This document shows, in pieces, positions 9,518 through 18,895 of a stretch of 32,000 nucleotides of DNA. The notes beneath the pieces were generated by a model. That model saw nothing but the letters and a program-made list of their open reading frames with translations. It had not been told where the DNA came from and ran no database searches. Numbering within the stretch: the first letter of the stretch is position 1; each line of letters begins with the position of its first letter. This DNA comes from an uncultured Nitrosopumilaceae archaeon (lineage in GTDB: Archaea > Thermoproteota > Nitrososphaeria > Nitrososphaerales > Nitrosopumilaceae), in assembly GCA_964475825.1 (NCBI GenBank), contig CAYYXT010000005.1, positions 73,529 to 105,528 on the forward strand. The letters are read 5' to 3'. The translations under genes and the position numbers were made by a program.

Positions 9518-9598
9518 TGACTGGAGATTGTTCGAAAGAACAGCTACTGCATAATACTAGCAGTAATTATGCGGTGGAGGATCCCTCCAGTCATTTTT
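9518..9598 (+). other. nested-hairpin, locally GC-richer element ending in T5 (small ncRNA or terminator between convergent genes)
   Basis: A 9-bp helix tgactggag (9518-9526) / ctccagtca (9585-9593) encloses two hairpins: tgttc-GAAA-gaaca (9529-9542) and tactgc-N9-gcagta (9545-9565). A mutually exclusive local hairpin tggagg-atc-cctcca occupies 9575-9589. It is followed by ttttt (9594-9598). Confidence 0.3.
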
Positions 9599-9660
9599 AA
9601 AATAAATTAACATACAAAACAAAGAAATGAAAAAAAGTTTAAAATAAAATGAATTTGCGG

Positions 9661-9879
9661 TCAATCATGATTATGGCCACAACCACATTCAGGGTCATGT
9701 CCTTTTAATGACATTAATTTTTCAACCATGTCATCACGAATTTTTAGCAAATCTCCAACTTGTTGTTTCAAGGTTCCTGAATCCCAGTTATCTTCGTATA
9801 ATGCTCTAACAGAATCAATTATCTCAAGATCGATATTGAGTAAATTATCCATTAATTGTTCTTGTTTACTCATAAACAA
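9661..9879 (-). CDS. hypothetical protein with C-terminal Cys/His cluster
   Basis: 72 aa, helical, ending in HDPECGCGHNHD. Confidence 0.4.
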   Translation of the reverse strand: MFMSKQEQLMDNLLNIDLEIIDSVRALYEDNWDSGTLKQQVGDLLKIRDDMVEKLMSLKGHDPECGCGHNHD

Positions 9880-9939
9880 CCAATATTACACTATAAAAAA
9901 ACTATTTTAATTGAGACTGAAAAATCTATTCATACCTTT

Positions 9940-10365
9940 TCAGGCTTCCATGTGTTCTTTAAGGAGATTTTTTCGAACTAGAATTGGGATATTGTACAAC
10001 GCACCCAAAGCCATAGCGTCAGATGCACGGTAATTTCGTAATACCATGTCTTTTTTTCCAGTAAAATACAGATTAGCACGCAATACCTCGCCACTTTCAT
10101 AAATTTTGACTTTAACCAAAACCAATTCATTCTCTTCACATATTTCTTCCATCATTTTGTAAATCGATGGGGCTGAATCGCCTGTACTTTCAACAAAGCT
10201 GGATATGTGTCGGGCAACTTCGCCAGAAAATGCTCTCATATGGAATTCTTTGCCGTCATCTCCTTTTAGGACCAACATTCCTTCAACTGCATAAGGATCT
10301 ACAAATCCAACATAATCAATTTTGACTGATTCATAATCAGGCTCTTGTGCTTGATCAATTTCCAT
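9940..10365 (-). CDS. bifunctional nuclease (DUF151/BFN) domain protein
   Basis: GMLVLKGDDGKEFHMRAFSGEVARHI...VLVKVKIYESGEVLRANLYF...NYRASDAMALGALYNIPILVRKNLL follows the DUF151 pattern (..RPSDAiaLAl....PI.v). Confidence 0.65.
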   Translation of the reverse strand: MEIDQAQEPDYESVKIDYVGFVDPYAVEGMLVLKGDDGKEFHMRAFSGEVARHISSFVESTGDSAPSIYKMMEEICEENELVLVKVKIYESGEVLRANLYFTGKKDMVLRNYRASDAMALGALYNIPILVRKNLLKEHMEA

Positions 10366-10481
10366 TATATCTACGCTTAATGTTCCAGTTCAGTGCTTAT
10401 AAAGATACTAAAGTAAATTGGTTGAATTTGTGTTAATTTTTTTATAACGATCTGAACAAGTATACAATCCCAAATTATTTA

Positions 10482-10934
10482 ATGTCAATAATTAAGGGAA
10501 GCTTGATGTCGATAAACCCTGAACGTTTAGTATCATATGTTCTTACAAAACATGTCTCATTATACATGAGTAAAGATTTCCTGTTGTTAAATCAAAATAC
10601 ACTAATCAGTGAATCAGCTAGAATGCTTCAAGATTCTGAAAGAGATGATATCATTGTAATAGACGACAATCATTTGCCAATTGGAATTGTTACAGATGAA
10701 GACATCATAAATAAAATAAGCGAGATTATGACATATGCAAAATCAGCATCTTTGAAAGATATCATGTCCACACCGTTGATTACAATTAGTGAAAAAACAA
10801 CACTGCAGGAACACTTCAGATATAGTGGATTTTGTGCAGATACCACAGTCAAAATGGTGGTAAGTTTTTTGATGATAATTGGAAGAATGGAAATTATTGC
10901 CATAATCTATATTTTCGTGCCTAAATTGAGCTAA
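10482..10934 (+). CDS. CBS-domain protein
   Basis: ISESARMLQDSERDDIIVIDDNHLPIGIVTDEDIINKI and LKDIMSTPLITISEKTTLQE are CBS-type segments. The last ~40 aa are unusually hydrophobic. Confidence 0.55.
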   Translation: MSIIKGSLMSINPERLVSYVLTKHVSLYMSKDFLLLNQNTLISESARMLQDSERDDIIVIDDNHLPIGIVTDEDIINKISEIMTYAKSASLKDIMSTPLITISEKTTLQEHFRYSGFCADTTVKMVVSFLMIIGRMEIIAIIYIFVPKLS

Positions 10935-10985
10935 AGAATATTCTAAAAGACAGAATAGAATTAATTCAATAACATATCATGGAGC

Positions 10986-11813
10986 ATGTTGGAAAACCAA
11001 ACTTTTAGTCACGGTGGAAAAAAATTAATAATTTTAGGATTTGCAACAATAGTAATCATATTCATAATGTATACAAGATATCAAGACCCAGAATTAATCA
11101 CACCAGATTCCATAGATTCGATTCAGAGAATTGCTTATGGTTTTTACATCATATTATTGACATCATTTGGGGCAATCACATATGGAATTTATCTGTATCA
11201 TAAGGAGAAAGTAGAAAAAAAAGGAAAAGACATTGCAACAATTATTGCATTAAGCACATGGAATACAAGATCAAGAAAAATTTTTGTGTTAACATTTATT
11301 GTATATGGAATCTTCTTTTCACTAGTATCTGGAACACTGGTGTATCAGCCAGAAGTAAATTTTGTTACACACTATGGAGCGACGATACCATCAGGATTTG
11401 TATCACCATGTTGTGATGAACCTGGATACATGCCAAAAATCATAATATATTTAACAGAACATGTAGGGTTACAAATTATCCCTATCAATTTAGTGTTGCA
11501 AGTAATCGTATCATATTTGGTAGGATTAAACGCATCTATTGCAGTTAGTGCGTATACAATATCAAAAAAAGGAAGAGGGATAAGTACCATAGGAGCTGCA
11601 ACAGGATTATTCATAGCATGCCCAACATGTGCAGGAACGTTTTTGTCGATTTTTATAGGAACAGCAAGTGGAATTGCATTGTCAATTGCACTAACACAAC
11701 TACAAACAGTATTAATTGCAATATCAATTCCAGTGTTATTAGTGACACCTTTTGTAATGGCAAAAAAGTTAAGAAATGCAGATGGCAGTTGTAAAATAGA
11801 TCCTACAAAATAA
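10986..11813 (+). CDS. polytopic membrane protein with CPTC motif (hypothetical)
   Basis: 275 aa with at least 6 hydrophobic helices. Cysteine motifs SPCCDEPG and ACPTCAGTF are present. Confidence 0.55.
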   Translation: MLENQTFSHGGKKLIILGFATIVIIFIMYTRYQDPELITPDSIDSIQRIAYGFYIILLTSFGAITYGIYLYHKEKVEKKGKDIATIIALSTWNTRSRKIFVLTFIVYGIFFSLVSGTLVYQPEVNFVTHYGATIPSGFVSPCCDEPGYMPKIIIYLTEHVGLQIIPINLVLQVIVSYLVGLNASIAVSAYTISKKGRGISTIGAATGLFIACPTCAGTFLSIFIGTASGIALSIALTQLQTVLIAISIPVLLVTPFVMAKKLRNADGSCKIDPTK

Positions 11814-12057
11814 ATTTTTTTACTTCAGGAATTTTATTATTCCCTATATCATATCCGTCTCTTCTAAGAAATTTTAATGTCAATTTGTAAATTAATTCAT
11901 CATGATCCACTTGATCTAATATTTCAGTCCAGAGAAGTTTACCATGTTTTTCAATTTGGCCCTTAAATGCAGGATTCATACATTTGGCCATCTCCCTACA
12001 CTGATCAAAAGTTTTTCCATTTTTGTATGCACGAATTCTAGTATCACAGGTATCCAT
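11803..12057 (-). CDS. hypothetical protein
   Basis: 84-aa ORF with no recognisable motif. Confidence 0.4.
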   Translation of the reverse strand: MDTCDTRIRAYKNGKTFDQCREMAKCMNPAFKGQIEKHGKLLWTEILDQVDHDELIYKLTLKFLRRDGYDIGNNKIPEVKKFIL

Positions 12058-12216
12058 AATAGACAGTAAGTGAAATTCTAAATAAACTTAGATAGTTAAT
12101 TTATTCGATTAAAAAATAGACGCGGGTCATATTTTGAATAACAGTAAGACATCTGACAATTACAGTATTAATTAAAATCCAAGGTAGATAAAAAACAAGA
12201 AAAAAGAGCAATTATT

Positions 12217-12372
12217 TTATTCGGTGTTGATTTGTTCGTTTAGATAATTCAATCTTTCATTGAGATGACCAACATACGTATGAAGATCATCCATTTTCTT
12301 TTCCAATCGCTCTATTTTTCTTTCATCAGAATCCTTTTTGGCATCCATAACATTCAATTCCAATTTAGACAT
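12217..12372 (-). CDS. small coiled-coil protein, 51 aa (below track cut-off)
   Basis: My own translation: MSKLELNVMDAKKDSDERKIERLEKKMDDLHTYVGHLNERLNYLNEQINTE. It is the only ORF in a 450-bp gap. Confidence 0.3.
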   Translation of the reverse strand: MSKLELNVMDAKKDSDERKIERLEKKMDDLHTYVGHLNERLNYLNEQINTE

Positions 12373-12511
12373 AATAATTGGAATTTTTTCACAAAGATAA
12401 GATTCTGTATGTTTTCAATAGGACACATTTAGGCACAATGTTCAATAAATTACCAGTTTAATAATCAAAATAGCAATCTTAAATCAAATACTAGAAATAC
12501 ACATTAAAAAT

Positions 12512-12745
12512 ATGGGAATAAAAACAACAAGAGATTATGTAAAATTTTACATAAATCTAGAAATGCAAAATAGTGTCAGTTTTTTAAGTTTTATAAATAA
12601 TGAGAAAATGGTTTTAAAACACAAGTTAGAAAACAAGAAATTAGATAAAGATCTAATTGTAAACGGCATCAGAATTTTAGAGGAATTAGCTGAGGAAATG
12701 AAAAAAAGTGGGGAGAAGGCAATTTTAGAAAAATATAGTGAATAA
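12512..12745 (+). CDS. hypothetical protein
   Basis: 77-aa ORF with helical, charged composition. Confidence 0.35.
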   Translation: MGIKTTRDYVKFYINLEMQNSVSFLSFINNEKMVLKHKLENKKLDKDLIVNGIRILEELAEEMKKSGEKAILEKYSE

Positions 12746-12848
12746 AAAAGTCAAAAATTTGCAAAAATTACCAAAACAAACAAACAGCCACAAAAAACTA
12801 GAAAAAAGAATTGTACATTTAAGTAAATGAATTCAACATAAAAATAAG

Positions 12849-13415
12849 ATGGTCACAGACTCAAATATTATCAGAACAGAAATTTTACGCGTATTAAATG
12901 AAAGTGGAAAAATACGTGGAAGCGAACTGACTAGCAGAGTGATAAAAAAAGTGGGGAATGAAAAAATGGTACATAGGGAAATCAGCTTATTAGTAGAATC
13001 GGGTGAGGTAGAAAAAAAAATGTACAGTAAATCACATATCGAGTACGAGTTGATCAACATATCAGAATCGGTCAATAATCAACTCAAAAGTGTACATAAG
13101 GAAATTGAGATGGTTTTTGAAGAAATAAAAGAGTTCAAACAAATCATGCAACAAAATAAAATAGAATTTCAAGAAAGGTTAAGAACAACAATACATTTTA
13201 TCCATATCGTTCAATCTACTGATGGAGTAATGAAGCTTTTATCACATTATCCAACATTTAAAAAAGATAAAATGTTTTCACAGATCACTAGAAAAATCAG
13301 TGATTGTTGGGAAAACATAATGGAAAGCATTGTGCAACAACCTGAAGAAGAATTTCTCAACGAAGTAATAGCAAATTTAAGAATTTCACAATTAGGATCA
13401 GAAAGTGTAAACTAG
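12849..13415 (+). CDS. winged-helix DNA-binding protein with helical C-terminal domain
   Basis: The N-terminal RTEILRVLNESGKIRGSELTSRVIKKVG...VHREISLLVESGEVEK looks like a wHTH. It has the same overall architecture as 18896-19477. Confidence 0.5.
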   Translation: MVTDSNIIRTEILRVLNESGKIRGSELTSRVIKKVGNEKMVHREISLLVESGEVEKKMYSKSHIEYELINISESVNNQLKSVHKEIEMVFEEIKEFKQIMQQNKIEFQERLRTTIHFIHIVQSTDGVMKLLSHYPTFKKDKMFSQITRKISDCWENIMESIVQQPEEEFLNEVIANLRISQLGSESVN

Positions 13416-13443
13416 ATAGAACAGATCACAATATTAAAAAAGT

Positions 13444-13731
13444 TCATTGTATTTGTTTTAGTTTGCCAACAACGATTTTAAAAATCTCTTCATTATCAAG
13501 CAATTTAAACAGCAAATTATTTTCTTCACATGCTTGACCACTTTCAGTATCTCTAGTAACCAAAACCATGTCATTTTCCTTTGCAAAATTGATCACAGAG
13601 TAATCAGTACGTAGTTTGTGGCCATCAGTACGTAGTTTTTTGACACTGTATGCATCATATCCTATCTTACGAATCTTATCATCCCAGCCATCATCCATCT
13701 CATCAATTAAAATTTTAATGGGTTTTGACAT
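13444..13731 (-). CDS. PIN-like (DUF5615/Mut7-C-like) small protein
   Basis: KILIDEMDDGWDDKIRKIGYDAYSV...DYSVINFAKENDMVLVTRDTES follows the pattern of small PIN-like toxin domains (..D.....l...G.d......D..i...A......lvT.D). It contains an in-frame 21-bp duplication. Confidence 0.45.
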   Translation of the reverse strand: MSKPIKILIDEMDDGWDDKIRKIGYDAYSVKKLRTDGHKLRTDYSVINFAKENDMVLVTRDTESGQACEENNLLFKLLDNEEIFKIVVGKLKQIQ

Positions 13732-13788
13732 GAATTTATCTAATCAAATTTCAATATTAGTGTAAATAACCATTACCAAAAAATATAC

Positions 13789-14049
13789 TTGTCACATAAC
13801 CCTTATTTTCAGATGAGATTCATTGAAACTGTAATGAATGAAAAAACAGAGGACAGATCAGAAGAATCAAAGAAAAACCACATTGCATATTACAAATCAC
13901 TAACTAAAACAATAGAAAATATTCAAAAAGAAAAACTAGAAGAGACTGAATCGACAGTCATTAAACATCTGGATAGCAGAATAGAAGCTATGAATTTAGA
14001 CAAAAAAAGAATTAGAGACATGTTTCCAGAAATAAATGAAGACAGTTAA
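13789..14049 (+). CDS. small coiled-coil protein (YK[ST]LTK...MFPE family)
   Basis: Paralog of 9259-9471 (see that entry). Confidence 0.45.
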   Translation: MSHNPYFQMRFIETVMNEKTEDRSEESKKNHIAYYKSLTKTIENIQKEKLEETESTVIKHLDSRIEAMNLDKKRIRDMFPEINEDS

Positions 14050-14239
14050 CAGATAATCAGCCATACTAAAAAATCACAGCAAACATCAAGACTTGTTACA
14101 AAACTACAAAAATTATGGAATAAAACACATTCGTGAATTCAAAAAATGGATAATCGAGTTTAATTTGTAAAAGATCGTAATAAAAATAGACGCAATAAAA
14201 TAAAAATCAGAGATGAATCAATAAGATTCCACAGTATGA

Positions 14240-14599
14240 TTAATCATGATAATTTTGAGACAAGTCATATAATTTTTCACAGAAAAGAACCAACCTAGTA
14301 GGCAAAACTCCATCAAACCAAGAGAGTTCTTTATCTACATTATAGCCTTTAAAAGATGATTTTGGGTGAGAATTAGATTCAAGAAAAGTAATTTCGTTTT
14401 CAAATAATTGTTTTGCTTGGTTTTGTCCATTTAGTGTTAGATTATAGTTGCAAGTCATCAAGTCAATCTGAACATAATAATTTCCATTGCTGGGGTTTAT
14501 TCGTGCCTTGATGAATGGTTGATTATTTTGTTGACATTCTCTATAATGCCTATCATATTCAAACATTTTGGAATCTGCGATGAATTTTTTCAGAGACAT
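14240..14599 (-). CDS. hypothetical protein
   Basis: 119-aa ORF with no motif recognised. Confidence 0.45.
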   Translation of the reverse strand: MSLKKFIADSKMFEYDRHYRECQQNNQPFIKARINPSNGNYYVQIDLMTCNYNLTLNGQNQAKQLFENEITFLESNSHPKSSFKGYNVDKELSWFDGVLPTRLVLFCEKLYDLSQNYHD

Positions 14600-14634
14600 T
14601 TCATGAAAATATGAAAATTATTCAGAATTTAGAG

Positions 14635-15012
14635 TTAAAGATTAGCCGTAATTTTTTTAACTTTTGTTATTATACGAATTTTTGTGTCAATTGGCATTTC
14701 AGGTTCCATAGTAAAATAAACAGTATTTCTTTTAGCATAAGTTACCATTTGGGTTACTTTTTCTCTTTCAACATGAACATAACGAACCTTTCCCAGTGTT
14801 CTGTCAAACTCTCGTCTCATTTTTCTTCTCTGAGCAACATCTTTGCAAAAATGCTCTTCTTCTTTTTGAGTTTTCAGTGAGGTTTTTCCACTTTTCATAA
14901 TTGCCTCTCTGATGTTACCTTTAATATCGATAATTGCAGCAAATCTCATTTTGGGATCTAAATCAATCATAGATTCGACAATTTTTAGTAGATCAATTTT
15001 TGTTCCTCCCAT
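14635..15012 (-). CDS. hypothetical protein
   Basis: 125-aa ORF. MRFAAIIDIKGNIREAIMKSG is faintly Roadblock/LC7-like, but I cannot support a family call. Confidence 0.5.
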   Translation of the reverse strand: MGGTKIDLLKIVESMIDLDPKMRFAAIIDIKGNIREAIMKSGKTSLKTQKEEEHFCKDVAQRRKMRREFDRTLGKVRYVHVEREKVTQMVTYAKRNTVYFTMEPEMPIDTKIRIITKVKKITANL

Positions 15013-15058
15013 GATGAAATTGAAAGTAAATTCACTAAATATAATCTATTGAAATATT

Positions 15059-16597
15059 TCAAATTTGTATAATACCAGAGGTTACAAGAAATTTAATACC
15101 ATTTGCAAATTCCTGATCTGAAATCAGACCATCTGCCCACCAACTTGCAGTATTTTTAACCCAGTCTGGGATTTGTGCTCCAGATGAACCAGAATGAACC
15201 AAATTAGAAATTAGTATAATTTTTTCTTTGATCATAAATTCTATACCTGTTGCAAAATCATCATCAGTAATTTGGTTTTCAACCCACCCGTGAGCATTAT
15301 TACGAATCCAATCGGGGATAAAAACATCAACGGGTATTTTTTCTGATGGTGATACAGGCTCGCCAGATATAAAGAAAAATGCAAACGATTCAACAGTTCC
15401 ATACTTCACATGAATTTTCCATGGGCCTTGAAGTGAATCTATTTCCAAGATATGAGGAATTGTAAAAGGGCCAGATGCAGGATTTACAAAAGAGATTTGA
15501 TCACCATGATTTCCAGATGGATCTTCAAACCAATAAACAATATTATTTTCCATTAATTTACTAGTAGTGATTTTGGCATTGATAGTTTCTCCAGGCCTAT
15601 ACTGAGATTTATCCAAAAATATTTCAATATCAAGTTCAGACAGAGTAGGTTTTGCTAGTGATTCTGCCAATACATCAAAAGTTTTTGTGGCGATATTTTC
15701 ACCATAATCAAATCTAACAGTATAAGTTCCAATTTCAGATGAGGTAATTCCATCAAATTTCACTCTATTCAAAGAAGATACGCTGGAAAGAGTTTTTGTG
15801 TTTACTTTTCCAGACGGTGACGTTATAGTTAAAACGCCAGAACTTTCAGTTAGATCAGGTATTACTATATTAATTTCTACAGAGTCACCTGGGTCATAGA
15901 GACTTTTATCGCTTCCCAAAAAAATAGTTGTTTTAGAATTTGTGTCAAAAGCAACAAAAGGGACGTCTACTTGAACATTATAATAATTTACAACTGCATG
16001 GTAATTTCCAGAAGGATTGTGTTTTAACAGGTTATACATTGAGAATTGTTGAATGATATTTGGTTGATATACTTTAATTTTAACATCTTCAACTAGTTTT
16101 GCAGGTGTTCCTTTGTCATCTAAAATTTTCACAGATAAAGATTCAGCTTTGGCAGCGTTTGGGTCATAATAATTAGTATGAAATTGAATAGTTACAATAT
16201 CACTTGGACCGTATGAAAGTTTATCAGTTGTAACTGAAACAATTAACGGCTCAATTTCAATATCAATTAATTTTTTGGCATCACTGTATAGATATTCTAT
16301 TTTCCAATGTCCAAATTGATTATCAAAGGCATTTCGAATAATAGTATGGGTTACTTTTGATGCTTTGAGACTTGCAAGAGAACCACTAACAACAGTACCA
16401 TCGGGCTGAGTTGCATTCCAGCTCACCACACCGCCAGAGTAACCATCTATATCTACAAAAATTTTAATCCAATCATTAGGACCAAACAGTTCTTTTTCAG
16501 CAATTGCTGAAATTTCAGAGCCATATGCAATTTGAGGAATAATAAATGAAAAAAATATCAAAAAAAACAGGATCTTCATGATATAATTTTGATTCAA
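15059..16597 (-). CDS. large secreted protein with Ig-like beta-rich repeats and two C-terminal IPDW...GI repeats
   Basis: Signal peptide, then repeated segments of the type LSYGPSD.V.I / KSLYDPGDSVEI / KSQYRPGETINA. The C-terminus carries IPDWIRNNAHGWVENQITDDDFATGIEFMIKEKII and IPDWVKNTASWWADGLISDQEFANGIKFLVTSGII. Confidence 0.7.
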   Translation of the reverse strand: MNQNYIMKILFFLIFFSFIIPQIAYGSEISAIAEKELFGPNDWIKIFVDIDGYSGGVVSWNATQPDGTVVSGSLASLKASKVTHTIIRNAFDNQFGHWKIEYLYSDAKKLIDIEIEPLIVSVTTDKLSYGPSDIVTIQFHTNYYDPNAAKAESLSVKILDDKGTPAKLVEDVKIKVYQPNIIQQFSMYNLLKHNPSGNYHAVVNYYNVQVDVPFVAFDTNSKTTIFLGSDKSLYDPGDSVEINIVIPDLTESSGVLTITSPSGKVNTKTLSSVSSLNRVKFDGITSSEIGTYTVRFDYGENIATKTFDVLAESLAKPTLSELDIEIFLDKSQYRPGETINAKITTSKLMENNIVYWFEDPSGNHGDQISFVNPASGPFTIPHILEIDSLQGPWKIHVKYGTVESFAFFFISGEPVSPSEKIPVDVFIPDWIRNNAHGWVENQITDDDFATGIEFMIKEKIILISNLVHSGSSGAQIPDWVKNTASWWADGLISDQEFANGIKFLVTSGIIQI

Positions 16598-16657
16598 AGT
16601 TTATTTCAAAAGGAAAGATTAACAATGAACGACAGGATTGTGAATGTTCTCAACGAA

Positions 16658-17176
16658 TTAAAATGTAAGTAATTTTTGCCCTTTATCAATTGTGACAAGG
16701 GATAGAACTCTATCGAATTGATATTCTACATCAAACACGGTAGAGCCATCACCTATAGTTTTTCCAACCTTAGGAATTATCTGATATCTATCAGTAACCA
16801 AAACAGTTCCAGTCATCCATGTATGAATGAGGCAATAATACGGATACTGACCTTTTTTATCAAATTTGAATTGATATGATTGTCCAGGAGCCAAGAAATC
16901 AGAACCTCCAAAAATACCATCAGGCCCATCACCAGGTGTTCCGGATGTGACAGTGTGTTTTGCCTGATCCCCATTTTTCCAAATAACAGTGTCACCAACT
17001 GAGATTTCCATATCACCAGTAGCTAGTCCAGATTTTTCATTTTGCCAAAAATATGGGGCGTCTGGACTTGCAGATCCTGTGGGCATGTTAATGTCATAAC
17101 TTGCAGCAAAAACAATATTTGTAAAAGTAATAGAAGAAATTAACAGAATTGAAATCATTAAAAATAGAATATTCAT
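16658..17176 (-). CDS. plastocyanin-like blue copper protein (cupredoxin)
   Basis: Signal peptide. Type-1 copper ligands are in the expected order: GDTVIWKNGDQAKHTVTSG ... YYCLIHTWMTG (H...C..H..M). Confidence 0.85.
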   Translation of the reverse strand: MNILFLMISILLISSITFTNIVFAASYDINMPTGSASPDAPYFWQNEKSGLATGDMEISVGDTVIWKNGDQAKHTVTSGTPGDGPDGIFGGSDFLAPGQSYQFKFDKKGQYPYYCLIHTWMTGTVLVTDRYQIIPKVGKTIGDGSTVFDVEYQFDRVLSLVTIDKGQKLLTF

Positions 17177-17313
17177 ACTAGTTAGAAATCAATTTAATTT
17201 AAAGGGATTACGGTGTTTAAAATTAATCACAAAAGATCAACCAAAAATAAAAGAGGTTGAAATAAACAAAAAAATTATTGGAGTTTATTAGATGGCATAC
17301 CTGTAATTAATCA

Positions 17314-17541
17314 ATGAAAAGTGGTGTCATGATTATTGCCACAGGAATAATTATGGTGATATGTGGATTGATATTGTTTTATGCGGTTCAGAGTAGCCCT
17401 CAGATAGAGCCTTTCTTTAGAACAATAAAACATGCAGGAACATTTATCGGTTTATTAGGCATTGGCGTAACGTTGGCAGGAATTTTGTTGTATTTAATTA
17501 ATAGAAACCAACCGCAAATTCAAGAAGATTTTGATGTCTGA
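17314..17541 (+). CDS. small two-helix membrane protein
   Basis: 75 aa with two hydrophobic helices. Confidence 0.45.
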   Translation: MKSGVMIIATGIIMVICGLILFYAVQSSPQIEPFFRTIKHAGTFIGLLGIGVTLAGILLYLINRNQPQIQEDFDV

Positions 17542-17595
17542 TGATACAATTACCATCAATTCAGGACTAAAAAATATTCAAAAAAAGTACATAAA

Positions 17596-17823
17596 TCATA
17601 TGCCAGATAGCATCTTTTTGAATTCATCTACAGGAACAATAAACTTGCATATCTTACAGAATAACACTTCCTTATTTGCCATATCTCGTATTGCTGTGGG
17701 GATTTTTCCACAATAAAGAGAATCTTTATCACAGTTTGGACAACATGCAAGTAAAGGCTTCATGCCAAATTCATTTTTGATATTCAATAAGTCAATTAAG
17801 CATTTCTTGTATATTAGTAACAA
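17596..17823 (-). CDS. hypothetical zinc-ribbon protein
   Basis: CCPNC...C...CKIC cysteine pairs. The probable true start is the internal MKPLLACC. Confidence 0.4.
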   Translation of the reverse strand: MLLIYKKCLIDLLNIKNEFGMKPLLACCPNCDKDSLYCGKIPTAIRDMANKEVLFCKICKFIVPVDEFKKMLSGI

Positions 17824-17901
17824 GTAGAAATTATACTAGTGGTAAAAAATATGAAAAGATTATTCAGAAATTATAATAACACTAGAATTCAACTTTAAAA
17901 A

Positions 17902-18327
17902 GTGTCAGATAAAATTTGGCTAGGTGCAATTTATCTTAAAGACGAAGGAGGGTATGAAATAGTTTTAAAATCATTAAATCATTATAAAAAAAGATTAAGA
18001 ACCATAGGAAACAGTCCAGGATTAAAAGATTCATCAGCTATGTTTGCATCAATACTCCAGCAAGAAGCCATGAAGACCATTCCAAAAATAGATGAGATAA
18101 TAAAAAGAATTCAAGATGGTTTATCCGATACCATATTGCTTAATTCTTTAAGTGAGGACTCGCCATTTTTAATAAAAGCACTTTTGTGTTATGAAACAGA
18201 TATCAAAAAAGCACAAGATACAGGACATGAGTACTTTTTGAAATTAATAGTGGATTTACCATTAGTCAAAAACGACTTGAAAGTAATTAAAAACGCATCA
18301 AGTAAAATCAGCCAATTTTCAGTTTAA
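17902..18327 (+). CDS. hypothetical protein
   Basis: 141-aa ORF (GTG start in the track), helical. Confidence 0.45.
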   Translation: MSDKIWLGAIYLKDEGGYEIVLKSLNHYKKRLRTIGNSPGLKDSSAMFASILQQEAMKTIPKIDEIIKRIQDGLSDTILLNSLSEDSPFLIKALLCYETDIKKAQDTGHEYFLKLIVDLPLVKNDLKVIKNASSKISQFSV

Positions 18328-18582
18328 TTATGTTCCTTGGAGATACCAATCAAGATATGGTTTCAGATTTTTACATAATTTTTTCTTTTCAGCATTATCA
18401 TTTATGCCTAGAATTGCCTGAATTTTTCCCTGAAGGTAATTTTGTGTGATATCACTTTTGAGATGGTGCTGAATTTGAGTTAAAATTTCAAGAATTTTAT
18501 CAGATGAGGCATTATCAAAGTCATTTAAAACTTGTTTAACTTCGTCTTGTAATGACATTATAGACTCTAAAGTAAATCCCAT
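18328..18582 (-). CDS. hypothetical protein
   Basis: 84-aa ORF, helical. Confidence 0.4.
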   Translation of the reverse strand: MGFTLESIMSLQDEVKQVLNDFDNASSDKILEILTQIQHHLKSDITQNYLQGKIQAILGINDNAEKKKLCKNLKPYLDWYLQGT

Positions 18583-18609
18583 TATTACTTTATTGGTTAA
18601 GTGTATTTT

Positions 18610-18885
18610 CTAAATGAGATCTTTGTCGTCCCATGTAAGACGAAATTTTCCAACAACTCTAAAAAGTTGCAATTTTCCACCTTTTCTAAATTTTAGTTTA
18701 TATGAATTCTGAGATGTATCATAAATCTCCAAAGAAACATTATCAACAATGGTTTCAAAAATCACAGGATTACTAGATATCTCCCTCCATTCATTTGGTT
18801 CAAAATCAAGATAGAATTTAGTATAAAGCAGTCCCATTTTCAAAGATAGTAAAACATGCCAGAATAAAAACCAGGTAGCCCTCAA
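18610..18885 (-). CDS. hypothetical protein
   Basis: 91-aa ORF lying 10 bp downstream of 18896-19477 on the same strand. Confidence 0.4.
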   Translation of the reverse strand: MRATWFLFWHVLLSLKMGLLYTKFYLDFEPNEWREISSNPVIFETIVDNVSLEIYDTSQNSYKLKFRKGGKLQLFRVVGKFRLTWDDKDLI

Positions 18886-18895
18886 TTAGAGATAA

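Noticed and set aside
9529-9542. gttcgaaa resembling a tRNA T-loop; more generally, a search for tRNA genes as alternative integration targets
   Set aside because: No cloverleaf can be built around it. I saw no tRNA or rRNA gene anywhere in the window.
10800-10934. Possible frameshift at the 3' end of the CBS-domain gene, because of its odd hydrophobic tail
   Set aside because: The other two frames hit stops within a few codons and give no better CBS-like continuation. The in-frame SFLMIIGRMEIIA still loosely fits the end of a CBS motif.
12113-14193. Shared 11-mer aaaatagacgc at 12113-12123 and 14183-14193
   Set aside because: Many 11-mer coincidences are expected in 32 kb of AT-rich sequence, and the flanks do not align.
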